Below, in pieces: positions 1-9,427 of a stretch of DNA of 64,000 nucleotides. This DNA is from Candidatus Latescibacterota bacterium (GTDB lineage: Bacteria; Latescibacterota; UBA2968): assembly GCA_965205975.1 (NCBI GenBank), contig OZ242195.1, forward strand, positions 2,976,001 to 3,040,000. Reading direction: 5' to 3'. Positions within the stretch are counted from its first letter, which is position 1, and the number at the start of each line of letters is the position of its first letter. The notes below the pieces were generated by a model, which saw nothing but the letters and a program-made list of their open reading frames with translations, did not search any database and was not told where the DNA came from. A program made the position numbers and the translations under genes.

Positions 1-756
1 CGCAATATCCCGCCAGAGTTCTGCCTCCATATACGCGCCCAGTTCGTGAAGTGAACTGCTCTCCAGATAGCGTCGCCAGAAGCCCAGTGCGTAGAGATTG
101 ACACCGTAGTACGTCGGGGAATTGTACTCCGCAAAAGCATTATTCTGCGCGAACAGGCGATAGACCTCACCGCCAAACTCCTCTCCGTATAAAACCATCT
201 CATCGTTACCGATACGCTTCCCAACCCACACGCACAGCGCAGCCTTCATCAAAGCGATATTCGAATACGTCGGCGGACAGCGATCCGGTGGCTCGCCCAC
301 AACAGCCATCTCCAAAGACCGGATCATGCGATCAACCAATCGCCGGGGCAACCGATCCTCATACTCCTCAAGCACAGTCGCAAACCCAAGCCCGATAAAC
401 TGTCGCCAGTTCGGATCGTAAGCTCGCCACATCACGGCATCACCCTCTGAGGGATGCGGCTCGCCCACATAGCGATAAAAAGTACCGTGGTATGGCGTCC
501 CTGGCTCGTCGAACTGATTATCGATAATGGCATCAATCGTACGGCACGCCCGCTCGACATCATCACCCTGATTGCGAAGCAGAAGCCCCACCGCGAACCA
601 GACCGAATTCCGAACCATTAGCACCGCATCATTCTGGCGATGAGACCACAACAGCGCACCATCGGGATCCCAGAATCCCTCTGACCATTCGAGCGACTCA
701 GTTGCGAGATGTCTCGCATAAGGCGACAGATCGGATAAAGAAATTCCTTCAGACAT
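1..756 (-). CDS. Conserved hypothetical protein, 3' end runs off the window
   Basis: Not in the ORF track. Manual translation from ATG at 756 gives MSEGISLSDLSPYARHLATESLEW...YDPNWRQFIG...YSNIALM...FAEYNSPTYYGVNLYALGFWRRY, open to position 1. Confidence 0.8.
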   Translation of the reverse strand, partial: MSEGISLSDLSPYARHLATESLEWSEGFWDPDGALLWSHRQNDAVLMVRNSVWFAVGLLLRNQGDDVERACRTIDAIIDNQFDEPGTPYHGTFYRYVGEPHPSEGDAVMWRAYDPNWRQFIGLGFATVLEEYEDRLPRRLVDRMIRSLEMAVVGEPPDRCPPTYSNIALMKAALCVWVGKRIGNDEMVLYGEEFGGEVYRLFAQNNAFAEYNSPTYYGVNLYALGFWRRYLESSSLHELGAYMEAELWRDIA

Positions 757-836
757 TGTGTGTTTCCATGTTCAATTTTGAGTTCACCATAATATACGCT
801 TTCATTGCAAATCCCTACCGAGAAATTTCCATTGGA

Positions 837-1541
837 TTATGACGCCGCCGCATGTTGCCGCAACGCTTCGGCAATGCGTTGGAAGCGCATATCTTCGGGA
901 AACTGCGCGAGCCATTCCATCAACGTCTTATTGTCCTCTGTAAACTCTGCATCGGGATCGGCGCCGTTCTCCAAAAGCAACTTTACCGTATCGAGATGCC
1001 CATGCCCACCAGCGCAATACAAAACCGTATGCCCGCGATCATTTGTGACATTGACATCTGTGCCATGCGCGATCAACAAACGCACGACTTCCGTATCGCC
1101 ATTGCGCGCCGCGTGATGCACAGGCTGATCGCCGCGACCATCTGTCGCCGTCGCCAGATGGGGATGCCTGTTGAGCAACGCCTGCACCCGCGCTACATCT
1201 GCGAGAAAGACAGCCCCCAGGAACTGCCGAGACAAATCATCAGCCGGACGAACATGGGGATCCAGAGCACCGTATTGAATAAGCAGCGAAACAATATTTT
1301 TATTATTCGGAACCTCGCCAGCGTAGTGCAACACATAGCCATCATGAGCGGACAAATCGGCACCCGCCTCAATAAGCAGACGCACAATATCCTCATGTCG
1401 CCAGAGTCCCGCGTGAAAAATCGGCCGCCATTCGTATTCATCATCCGCGTCAACAACAGTGGGATCGGCTGCGATCATTTCCCGCACAGCGTCGATATCT
1501 CCACGCCTGCATGCATCGTGAATTGTTAGTGTATCACTCAT
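837..1541 (-). CDS. Ankyrin repeat protein
   Basis: Repeats such as PVHHAARNGDTEVVRLLIAHGTDVN and TVLYCAGGHGHLDTVKLLLENGADPD. Start moved to MSDTL because AAGGAGG lies upstream. Confidence 0.9.
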   Translation of the reverse strand: MSDTLTIHDACRRGDIDAVREMIAADPTVVDADDEYEWRPIFHAGLWRHEDIVRLLIEAGADLSAHDGYVLHYAGEVPNNKNIVSLLIQYGALDPHVRPADDLSRQFLGAVFLADVARVQALLNRHPHLATATDGRGDQPVHHAARNGDTEVVRLLIAHGTDVNVTNDRGHTVLYCAGGHGHLDTVKLLLENGADPDAEFTEDNKTLMEWLAQFPEDMRFQRIAEALRQHAAAS

Positions 1542-1557
1542 TGCTACTCTGACCTCC

Positions 1558-2163
1558 TTAAATGCGACGTGCAATAACAGAATGAAAAAAAATACCGTCT
1601 CGGGGTTCCAATCTGCGATAGTACTCCAACCTGAATGACCTCTGTAAAACTTTCAGAAGCGTCTCCGTCCTTCTCAAAGAAAAAAACCGCTTCGGCTCAT
1701 AAGAATCTCGCTCCAAAATCCCCTCAAAATCATCACCTCCCCACACGCCAACATACATCAACCCATCCTCCACGAGCCGCGCCGCAATCAAATTGAAAAC
1801 CTCATCTATATCTGCCTGCGGGATATGCAGCAGACAATTCATAGAATACACCGCATCAAAAGTCTCGCTCAACTGATCGAGATTATAGCAATCCAGAACG
1901 CGAGCAGAAATACCCTTCTCTCTCGCCAGCTTTACCATCGCAGGCGCATTATCAACCGCAAAAACCCGGAAACCCTGCTCTTGAAAAAATTTCGCATCAT
2001 GACCAGGACCACATCCCAGCTCGAGAATAGAACTTCGTCGTTCATCTCTCAAACACTGCAAAAACGCGCTTCGCTCTCGCACCTTAAACGCATCAGTAGA
2101 ACTACGCTCCCTCTCCAGCGCATGTCTTTCATACGAGGCAATCAGGCTATCGGTGAACTTCAT
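1558..2163 (-). CDS. Class I SAM-dependent methyltransferase
   Basis: ILELGCGPG motif I, FDAVYSMNCLLH; GGAGG before MKFTD. Confidence 0.9.
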   Translation of the reverse strand: MKFTDSLIASYERHALERERSSTDAFKVRERSAFLQCLRDERRSSILELGCGPGHDAKFFQEQGFRVFAVDNAPAMVKLAREKGISARVLDCYNLDQLSETFDAVYSMNCLLHIPQADIDEVFNLIAARLVEDGLMYVGVWGGDDFEGILERDSYEPKRFFSLRRTETLLKVLQRSFRLEYYRRLEPRDGIFFHSVIARRI

Positions 2164-2286
2164 GAAAGCCTCCACAAAATGGATTGGCAGATGGGAACAG
2201 CTTGATTTTCAGCCACAGCCTCTTTATTATGCCTTACAACTTCCACAAAACCAAAGACATTTTTTGTAGATAGGGCAAAAAACTTT

Positions 2287-3651
2287 ATGACACCAGATCA
2301 AATCAGAGCGCGTCTTGAAAGCGACAAAATACAAAAAATTAAACTCGCTGGCTTCGACATCGACGGCGTTATGCGCGGCAAATACATATCGCTCGACAAG
2401 TTCTTTTCCGCCATGGAAAAAGGCCTGGGCTTCTGCGATGTAACATTCGGCTGGGATATGATCGATCAACTCTACGAACAACCCACCGTCACAGGCTGGC
2501 ATACCGGATATCCAGACCTCCTCGCCAAAATTGATCTGAGCACCTATCGCGTGATACCCTGGGAACAAAATACCGCGTTGTTCTTGCTCGACTTTTATGA
2601 AAACGAAAATCAGCCACTTGCAGTATCCCCGCGCCAACTCCTCCAAACAATCGTTCGCAAAGCGAATGACATGGGATTTCAGCCATACATATCAGCGGAA
2701 TACGAATACTTCATTTTTAGGGAAACGCCCCATTCTCTTGAGGACAAAGGGTATAAAAATATGACGCCACTCTCGCCTGGATGGTTTGGCTACAGTATAT
2801 TGCGAGCATCTGCGGCTTCAGAATTTGTTCACGCAATCATCGATGGTATGGGAGCGTATGGCGTTGAACTGGAAGGGATACACACCGAAACCGGACCCGG
2901 CGTATATGAAACCGCGATTCGTTACGACACGGCCTGCAACGCCGCAGACAAAGCCGCCCTATTCAAAACTGGCGTAAAAGAAATTCTATCCAGACACGGC
3001 CTCGTCGCAACCTTTATGGCGAGATGGAGTCCAGACTACCCCGGCTGCAGCGGGCACCTGCACCAGAGCCTGTGGAATCTGAAGGGAGACACAAATTTAT
3101 TTGCCGATGAATCAGATCCGCAGGGCATGTCTCAAATAATGAAACACTATATCGCGGGACAAATCGCCACAATGCCCCAAATGATGGCACTGATATGCCC
3201 GACCATCAACGCCTACAAGCGGACAGTCCCCGGAGCCTGGGCACCGACCAACGCCTCCTGGGGAATTGAAAATCGGACCGCCTCTCTCCGTGCGATTCCA
3301 GGTACATCTCCCAAATCCACGCGCACCGAATATCGACTGGCTGGCGCCGACGCCAATCCCCATATCTCGATGGCGGCCAGCCTTGCCGCCGGGCTATACG
3401 GTATAGAGCATCAACTCGACCCCGGCGAGGCGTTCACGGGAAATGCCTACGAAGCCCCCGAAGGGCGATTTGATCCCTTACCAAAATCGCTTGAGGAAGC
3501 GATAGATGAATTAAAAAATAGCGAAACTGTCCGTGCCTACCTCGGCGACGCATTTGTGGATCACTTCGCAATCACACGCGAACATGAAATTGCGGAATAT
3601 CGCCGCGCCATAACAGATTGGGAACTCAAGCGATACTTTGAGATCATCTGA
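2287..3651 (+). CDS. Glutamine synthetase-like protein (probably gamma-glutamyl-amine ligase type)
   Basis: DIDGVMRGK, GYPD, EYEYF, HTETGPGVYE, GCSGHLHQS, WGIENRT, EYRLAGADANP. Confidence 0.9.
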   Translation: MTPDQIRARLESDKIQKIKLAGFDIDGVMRGKYISLDKFFSAMEKGLGFCDVTFGWDMIDQLYEQPTVTGWHTGYPDLLAKIDLSTYRVIPWEQNTALFLLDFYENENQPLAVSPRQLLQTIVRKANDMGFQPYISAEYEYFIFRETPHSLEDKGYKNMTPLSPGWFGYSILRASAASEFVHAIIDGMGAYGVELEGIHTETGPGVYETAIRYDTACNAADKAALFKTGVKEILSRHGLVATFMARWSPDYPGCSGHLHQSLWNLKGDTNLFADESDPQGMSQIMKHYIAGQIATMPQMMALICPTINAYKRTVPGAWAPTNASWGIENRTASLRAIPGTSPKSTRTEYRLAGADANPHISMAASLAAGLYGIEHQLDPGEAFTGNAYEAPEGRFDPLPKSLEEAIDELKNSETVRAYLGDAFVDHFAITREHEIAEYRRAITDWELKRYFEII

Positions 3652-5146
3652 ACGCCCCCACAATATAGTTCCCCACCCGCAAGGCATTTGCCGCAATCGT
3701 CAAACTCGGATTGACGCCGCCAGACGTGGGAAACACGCTCCCATCTGTCACAAACAAATTGTCAATCCCCCGAAACTGGCAATTTTCATCCAGCACACTC
3801 GTCTCTTCATCACCGCCCATACGCACTGACCCCACGCCATGAGAAAAAGTGTCAATGCGATACGTATGAAAAAAAAACGCGCCCGATGCACGCAAAATAT
3901 CTTTAGCCTTTTCCACGAGATAATCGCGGCGCTCACAATCTCGCGCAGTGTACTGATGTGTGACCTGTGCGCGGCTGATGCCATAAACATCCTTCTCACC
4001 TGCCAGCGCAACGCGATTCTCAAACTGCGGCTCATCCTCTGCAACACACAACAGATTTTGCAAAAAGCCAGCAACCATTGCCGTCAGATTTTTAAGTCCA
4101 AAAGGCGCGTGGTGCTTCAGTGCTATAGACGACGGCGTGTAAATATCCTGAATTACCCCAACAGCGCGGCCGTCCTGCCCTCGACAATCCCCGTAAAAAT
4201 CCGAAAAACACACTTGCTTGTGAAACACCCCTTCCGGATTCGTGCGAAACGGAAACACCCCCGCCACAACAGCATTGCAATGACGCATCAGAAAACGCCC
4301 AATCAAATCGCCCTGCGGAAACGAATACAACTCTGACCGCAACAAAATAGCCGGACTTTGCAGTGCTCCCGCAGCAACAACAGCAATGGGCGCGGGTACT
4401 TCAAACGCCTTTTTTGTACGCCGATCCACACACGCCACAGCACGCACACGCTCCCGTTTGCAAATAACACGCGCGACCTGTACACCCGTCAAAATCTCAG
4501 CCCCAGCATCCTGCGCCAATTTGAGCAACGTCATAGTCAAATCATTTTTAGCCTCAATTTGACACGGAAAACCATCACAGGTCAAACATCGGATACACAC
4601 GGTTCGCGCCCGATCCGAAAAATTGATCGCCAATGGCATGCGAAAAGGCCGATACCCCAATGCACATCCAGCATCCCAAATGCGTTGTGCAGGATGGGAA
4701 AGTTCAATAGGCGGATACAAATAGTCACCCGTGCGCGGCGGCTCGCACGGGTCGGTACCTGCCTCTCCATGCACTTCCAACAAGCGCTCGACACAATCGT
4801 AATGCGGAGCAAGGTCCCCATACAAAATCGGCCACGCGACCAAATCTTCTTCGCGCAGCCTCAGCGATGCCCCACCGTAAAACACGGACATCCCACCAAC
4901 CACTTCATTCTCGACCACATCTGCAAAATTGCGGTCCTCATATTGCCTGACGCGAAGCGGCGATGGTCCTTGATAGCGTTTCTCAACCAGCACAGAACGG
5001 GGATCCCAATCCTCTGCATCGCGCCTTGCCCAATCGCCCCGCTCCAACAGCAAAACCTTCATACCCGCCGCAGCCAACACATAAGCGCAGACACTACCTC
5101 CAAATCCCGTACCGATAATAACGGCGTCGTAATCGTTAAAATTCAT
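3644..5146 (-). CDS. GMC family flavoprotein oxidoreductase
   Basis: IIGTGFGG FAD motif, CIRCLTCDGFPC, HGVGSVRMG, DGSVFPTSGGVNPSLTIAANA. Confidence 0.9.
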   Translation of the reverse strand: MNFNDYDAVIIGTGFGGSVCAYVLAAAGMKVLLLERGDWARRDAEDWDPRSVLVEKRYQGPSPLRVRQYEDRNFADVVENEVVGGMSVFYGGASLRLREEDLVAWPILYGDLAPHYDCVERLLEVHGEAGTDPCEPPRTGDYLYPPIELSHPAQRIWDAGCALGYRPFRMPLAINFSDRARTVCIRCLTCDGFPCQIEAKNDLTMTLLKLAQDAGAEILTGVQVARVICKRERVRAVACVDRRTKKAFEVPAPIAVVAAGALQSPAILLRSELYSFPQGDLIGRFLMRHCNAVVAGVFPFRTNPEGVFHKQVCFSDFYGDCRGQDGRAVGVIQDIYTPSSIALKHHAPFGLKNLTAMVAGFLQNLLCVAEDEPQFENRVALAGEKDVYGISRAQVTHQYTARDCERRDYLVEKAKDILRASGAFFFHTYRIDTFSHGVGSVRMGGDEETSVLDENCQFRGIDNLFVTDGSVFPTSGGVNPSLTIAANALRVGNYIVGAFR

Positions 5147-5151
5147 GGATA

Positions 5152-5183
5152 GTTATCAGTGTTGTCAGTTGTCGGTTATCAGT
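5152..5183 (+). repeat. Degenerate heptamer tandem repeat (GTTRTCR)
   Basis: gttatca-gt-gttgtca-gttgtcg-gttatca in the intergenic gap. Confidence 0.6.
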
Positions 5184-5224
5184 CCCAACCACCCAGCCCC
5201 TGTGTGGCGGTGCGGGGTCACTGA

Positions 5225-6025
5225 CTACTTCATTAAAACCTCAAATACGTACAAAACAATTAACCCAACAATAATGACCAGTGCCCCGTAGTGAAATTTT
5301 TCTCTGGAATCAATACACCGCTGAATTCGCGGCAAATCCGGGCGGAACTTACCCGACATCGTGCGCTGAATATACGTCTTGTAATACTCCACAACAAAAC
5401 GCTCCAAACCGCCATTCATATACACCAGAAATCCCAACGATATGGGATGCAGGGGATCATTGAGAAAATAGAACAGCGGCGAACAGACCGCCAGCACCAA
5501 GCCCGACCGCTGAAACTTCAAAATTTTAAACCCCTCAAACGGCGCGTCTTTATACGCCCCGCCAAGCGACACCAGCAGGCCCGTGACATAAGCCGTCAAG
5601 AGAAATACCCAGAAACTCGTCACGGGCGCGGGAATCAACAACACGGCAAAAACGCCCAGCACCAGCACAGTACCAACCGCATAACGCAGCAAATCGCTCG
5701 CAACATACCGCCCAAAAAACGTAATGCGCGAAGGCACAAAATATTTGTCCTGATCTTCCGTACGGAAAAACCCCTTGTAAAGCTCGGCCAAAAACCGTTC
5801 CAACCCCATAATCAGAAAAAAAATCTGAACCCATCCCAACGCGGAAAAACTCGCCTTAAAAATCGGGACAAAATACAACACCGCAAAAATCACAACATGA
5901 AAATAAACACTCCGCGGAAACGTCCTGGGCTTAAAATCCTCGTAAGGCGAGTCCTTGAACGCCCCCCACAAAGACGTATAAAGTCCAGATACAATACTCA
6001 CGCCCAGACCAATGTAGAAATTCAT
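5225..6025 (-). CDS. Integral membrane protein with an internal two-fold repeat, unknown function
   Basis: Hydrophobic helices; GAFKDSPYEDFK..FPRS...GLERFLAELYK recurs as GAYKDAPFEGFK..FQRS...GLERFVVEYYK. Confidence 0.85.
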   Translation of the reverse strand: MNFYIGLGVSIVSGLYTSLWGAFKDSPYEDFKPRTFPRSVYFHVVIFAVLYFVPIFKASFSALGWVQIFFLIMGLERFLAELYKGFFRTEDQDKYFVPSRITFFGRYVASDLLRYAVGTVLVLGVFAVLLIPAPVTSFWVFLLTAYVTGLLVSLGGAYKDAPFEGFKILKFQRSGLVLAVCSPLFYFLNDPLHPISLGFLVYMNGGLERFVVEYYKTYIQRTMSGKFRPDLPRIQRCIDSREKFHYGALVIIVGLIVLYVFEVLMK

Positions 6026-6027
6026 AG

Positions 6028-8472
6028 CTATAATTCCGATTCGTCTAATGCCTTCACTTCACTTTTTTCACGCCCTCGATCTCCCTCAAGCACTTCCAAA
6101 ATAGCGGGCAGCACCAGCACGGCAGCCACAAAACAAGTCAACAAACCAATCAACGCCAACCGCCCAATTGAGTTCAGGCCGGGATGTGTCGCCATCATCA
6201 ATCCAAAAAAGCCCACCATCGTCGTCAGCATAGAAATGAACATCGCCCCACCAGTACTCCTGATCACCACCGGCATAGACCCGGGGCCCTCCTCTCGATA
6301 TCGGTGATAGAGATGTACCCCATTGTCAATCCCCATACCAATTATAGTGGGCAGTGCGACCATATTGTAGAAATTGAGCTTCAAATCCTGCAAATACAGC
6401 GACCCACACATCCACACAGTGCCACAGGCAAGGGGAAAAATCACCAGCAAAGCAGAGCGCAAACTGCGAAAATCAGCCAGCACAATGAGCAACACGACCA
6501 CCACTGTCAGCGAGATTGCACGCGGACTATCGCGCAACATCAAGCGCAACATATCGGCAAAAATGATATTGGAACTCGACGAATAAAATACCTTGCCCGA
6601 TGAGGTGTGAATTTCGTGTGAATCTTCGGCAAATGCAATGGCATTTTTTCCATCGCGCAACTGTACACTCGGCAAAATTTGTGCAAAATACGCCTGGCTT
6701 CCATCAATAGTCTCAAATTTTCTCAATAAATTTTCGGGCAAATCTTCAACCGAAAGTCTTTTGACATCCAACAAATCGCGCAGAGAATCGAGCTGTGCCT
6801 TTTGTGTGCCCTTGATCAACTTCGCGCCCTCGCCATTGGCCAGCGCGCGAATTTCTCCAATGATATCCAGCTTTTCATTTTGACCGCGCAACTCTGTCCA
6901 GAGCGTTTTGACTTTGTCAATCGTCGGCGTCGGATCATCTTCGGCTATCTTCTTTTCCAATGCATCTACAATCTCATCGAGTTCCGCTTTGCTATCCGCC
7001 AACACAATGCCATAAGACTGCGATTCACTGCCGTATTTCGGAATCGTCGCCATCTTTTGTTTCACCTTGACCGATGCGGGCAAATTAGAACGCAAATTGG
7101 TAAAATCGTATTCAAAATCGATATCGCGCAAATGAATGCCCAAATACACCGTAAGGATCAACGCGCCGGCAATCACCAACTTCGGATATGGGAAATGCCC
7201 CCGGCTGCCACCCCAATTGTGTCCCCACACGTGCCGCATGCGAATCCACATAAACCTTTGATCCGCCAGCACCAGCACAGCGGGCAATACAGTCGTCATA
7301 GAGACCAGCGACATCAAAATACCCGTGCCCACAATAAAACCAAACTCGGAAAAGCCCCTGAAATCTGTCAGCGTCAGAGAAAAGAACGCAATGGATGTGG
7401 TTATCGCCGCCGTCAAAATAGCCTGCCCAGTCTGACTCAGCATCGTCTCTATAGACATTCGCACATCCGTCTTGTCCATGCGAACTTCGAGATATCGCGC
7501 AAACATGTGAATGCCAAAATCAATCCCCAACCCAAACAAAATCACAAATAGAAAAGCCGTCATAGTATTCAAATTGCCGATAACCCAGTACGTAATGGCA
7601 AACGCCCAGATCAAGCCCATCGCCAGCGGAATAGCCACAAAAAAAGCCGCCAATGGCTGGCGGAAATAAAACGTCAAAAGCGCGACAATACCCACGACAC
7701 CAAATATCAGCGTCGAGCGGACATCGCTTAAAATGGTATCGTATTCGTCAATCTTGTTCTTAAACGGTCCTCCGTATTCAATCGACATCCGAGGGTGATA
7801 CGCGCGTGGATTTACCTTCTTGACCGCCTGCTGAATCACCCACTGCATATCTTTGGCAAAACCGATATTGCTCACCGTACCTGCTGCCATCGCCTCCAAT
7901 GCCAGGATGGTGCGGTTGGGATTGGTATAATACGTCTCATCTCCATTATCTGCCGTGCGATACTTAGCCTCAATATCCGAAAAATCGAGCACGGCTTCTT
8001 CTTCATCGAGAGAAATATACAACGGCGACAGCTTCAACTTTTCCTGGATGATATAATCATCTATGCGCGTGAGAATCTCATCCAAATCGTCCGTTTCCAT
8101 AAACAACAGCGCGTTCTTGCGATAAAATTCCGCATCTCGCTTATAATCGACAAAGTTTATATAAGTCTCGTATTTTTCGTCCCGTAATTCACGTGCCAGA
8201 TCCTCGGCAAAACGCCTATTTGCCTCAAAATCGGGACTTTGCACCAAAACCACCAGACTGCCCACGCCGCCCACGCGCTGTTTGATCTCATTGAGCGTCT
8301 TCACACTCTGATAATTTTCCGGAATCAGGGCAACGAGATCCGTCTCGAGTTTGCGTCCGAGCCTGTACACAAAAATACTGCAAAAAGCCGTCAACAAAAT
8401 CGACACCACAAGAATACCTCTGTAGTGCCGATAAGTCCACCCCGCCAAAAAACGAAGCACCACTTCAACCAA
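6028..8472 (-). CDS. MMPL/RND family lipid transporter (HpnN-like)
   Basis: Two TM bundles with GLGIDFGIH and GMGIDNGVHLYHRYREE, large periplasmic loops; TTG start. Confidence 0.9.
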   Translation of the reverse strand: MVEVVLRFLAGWTYRHYRGILVVSILLTAFCSIFVYRLGRKLETDLVALIPENYQSVKTLNEIKQRVGGVGSLVVLVQSPDFEANRRFAEDLARELRDEKYETYINFVDYKRDAEFYRKNALLFMETDDLDEILTRIDDYIIQEKLKLSPLYISLDEEEAVLDFSDIEAKYRTADNGDETYYTNPNRTILALEAMAAGTVSNIGFAKDMQWVIQQAVKKVNPRAYHPRMSIEYGGPFKNKIDEYDTILSDVRSTLIFGVVGIVALLTFYFRQPLAAFFVAIPLAMGLIWAFAITYWVIGNLNTMTAFLFVILFGLGIDFGIHMFARYLEVRMDKTDVRMSIETMLSQTGQAILTAAITTSIAFFSLTLTDFRGFSEFGFIVGTGILMSLVSMTTVLPAVLVLADQRFMWIRMRHVWGHNWGGSRGHFPYPKLVIAGALILTVYLGIHLRDIDFEYDFTNLRSNLPASVKVKQKMATIPKYGSESQSYGIVLADSKAELDEIVDALEKKIAEDDPTPTIDKVKTLWTELRGQNEKLDIIGEIRALANGEGAKLIKGTQKAQLDSLRDLLDVKRLSVEDLPENLLRKFETIDGSQAYFAQILPSVQLRDGKNAIAFAEDSHEIHTSSGKVFYSSSSNIIFADMLRLMLRDSPRAISLTVVVVLLIVLADFRSLRSALLVIFPLACGTVWMCGSLYLQDLKLNFYNMVALPTIIGMGIDNGVHLYHRYREEGPGSMPVVIRSTGGAMFISMLTTMVGFFGLMMATHPGLNSIGRLALIGLLTCFVAAVLVLPAILEVLEGDRGREKSEVKALDESEL

Positions 8473-8486
8473 TGAATGCCACCTTT

Positions 8487-9083
8487 CTAATCCGACGTAT
8501 CTTCACCCAGTTTTTCTTTCAACTTATCCATCAAGCCCGCAAAAGAAGACCTGCGAATCTCCCGGCGAAACTGCGACCGATTGCTGCGCGCAACACTCAA
8601 CTCATCAATGACCATATCGTAAATCAACCACTTGCCATCAGCGAGATGCAATTTATAGTCAATCGTACTCGACTCGCGCCTGTAATACACCACCGTCTTG
8701 ACAATAGCCTGTGTGCTATCAACTTCGACGCCCGTATAGTCGATCTTTTCCGCTTTCGTATATAACGCGGGATCGGCGTAATTTTTCTCGATCAACCGCC
8801 TGTTCACAGCTACAAAATCAGCCCGCTCTTCTTCTGTTCTCGCTGTCCAATCTCGGCCGAGAGACTCCCGGCTAAATGTTTCAAAATCGAACAACTCACC
8901 GACAATAGCTTTAAGCGCGGCACGCTCTTCAGCCGTATCGCCCCCGGTTTCTGAACGCACAATATCCTGAATCGCCCGATCGCGACTCTTCACCATCTCG
9001 AGCAGCGCATCGCTCTGATCAGACGCACCCGCCACGCCCATCAAAACCAGCATCAAAAACGCATGCCTGAACAATAAAAGCAT
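8487..9083 (-). CDS. MlaC/Ttg2D/HpnM-like periplasmic lipid-binding protein
   Basis: Signal peptide; FDFETFSRESLGRDW, IDYKL...WLIYDMVIDELS...NRSQF. Confidence 0.85.
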   Translation of the reverse strand: MLLLFRHAFLMLVLMGVAGASDQSDALLEMVKSRDRAIQDIVRSETGGDTAEERAALKAIVGELFDFETFSRESLGRDWTARTEEERADFVAVNRRLIEKNYADPALYTKAEKIDYTGVEVDSTQAIVKTVVYYRRESSTIDYKLHLADGKWLIYDMVIDELSVARSNRSQFRREIRRSSFAGLMDKLKEKLGEDTSD

Positions 9084-9135
9084 AACATATCACCTATTAA
9101 TATCAACTACTTGTTTACAGACGGCATCTCCGTCA

Positions 9136-9164
9136 AGTTTAGTATCTTTCTCACACAAAGTCAA
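9136..9164 (-). promoter_or_regulatory. Sigma70-type promoter for the mlaC-like/MMPL operon
   Basis: Minus strand TTGACT-N17-TAAACT, about 50 nt upstream of the ATG at 9083. Confidence 0.6.
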
Positions 9165-9427
9165 GACAGCGGTAGCCTGTTTTTGAAAAAGAGAGCTTAA
9201 AAATTAAAAAAATAAATAAAGCCCTATTTTCCAACAAAATTCTCTAATTATCTTAAAAAAAATACCGCGTACAATTTTAGACGTATCTAACCGCCAGAAG
9301 ATCCGATCAACTGGCGATAGAGCGCGATGGTTTGGCTGGCTAGCACTTTTTTCCCTGTACAAACAAACTTCTGTTGAAGTTATACACCCCCCAACAGAAG
9401 TTTATCTCAATTCAAACAGGATTTGCA

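Noticed and set aside
2287..3651. Canonical glnA
   Set aside because: GMRGK/GYPD-type N-terminus fits GS-like gamma-glutamyl ligases better, and there is no nitrogen-regulation context; symbol withheld.
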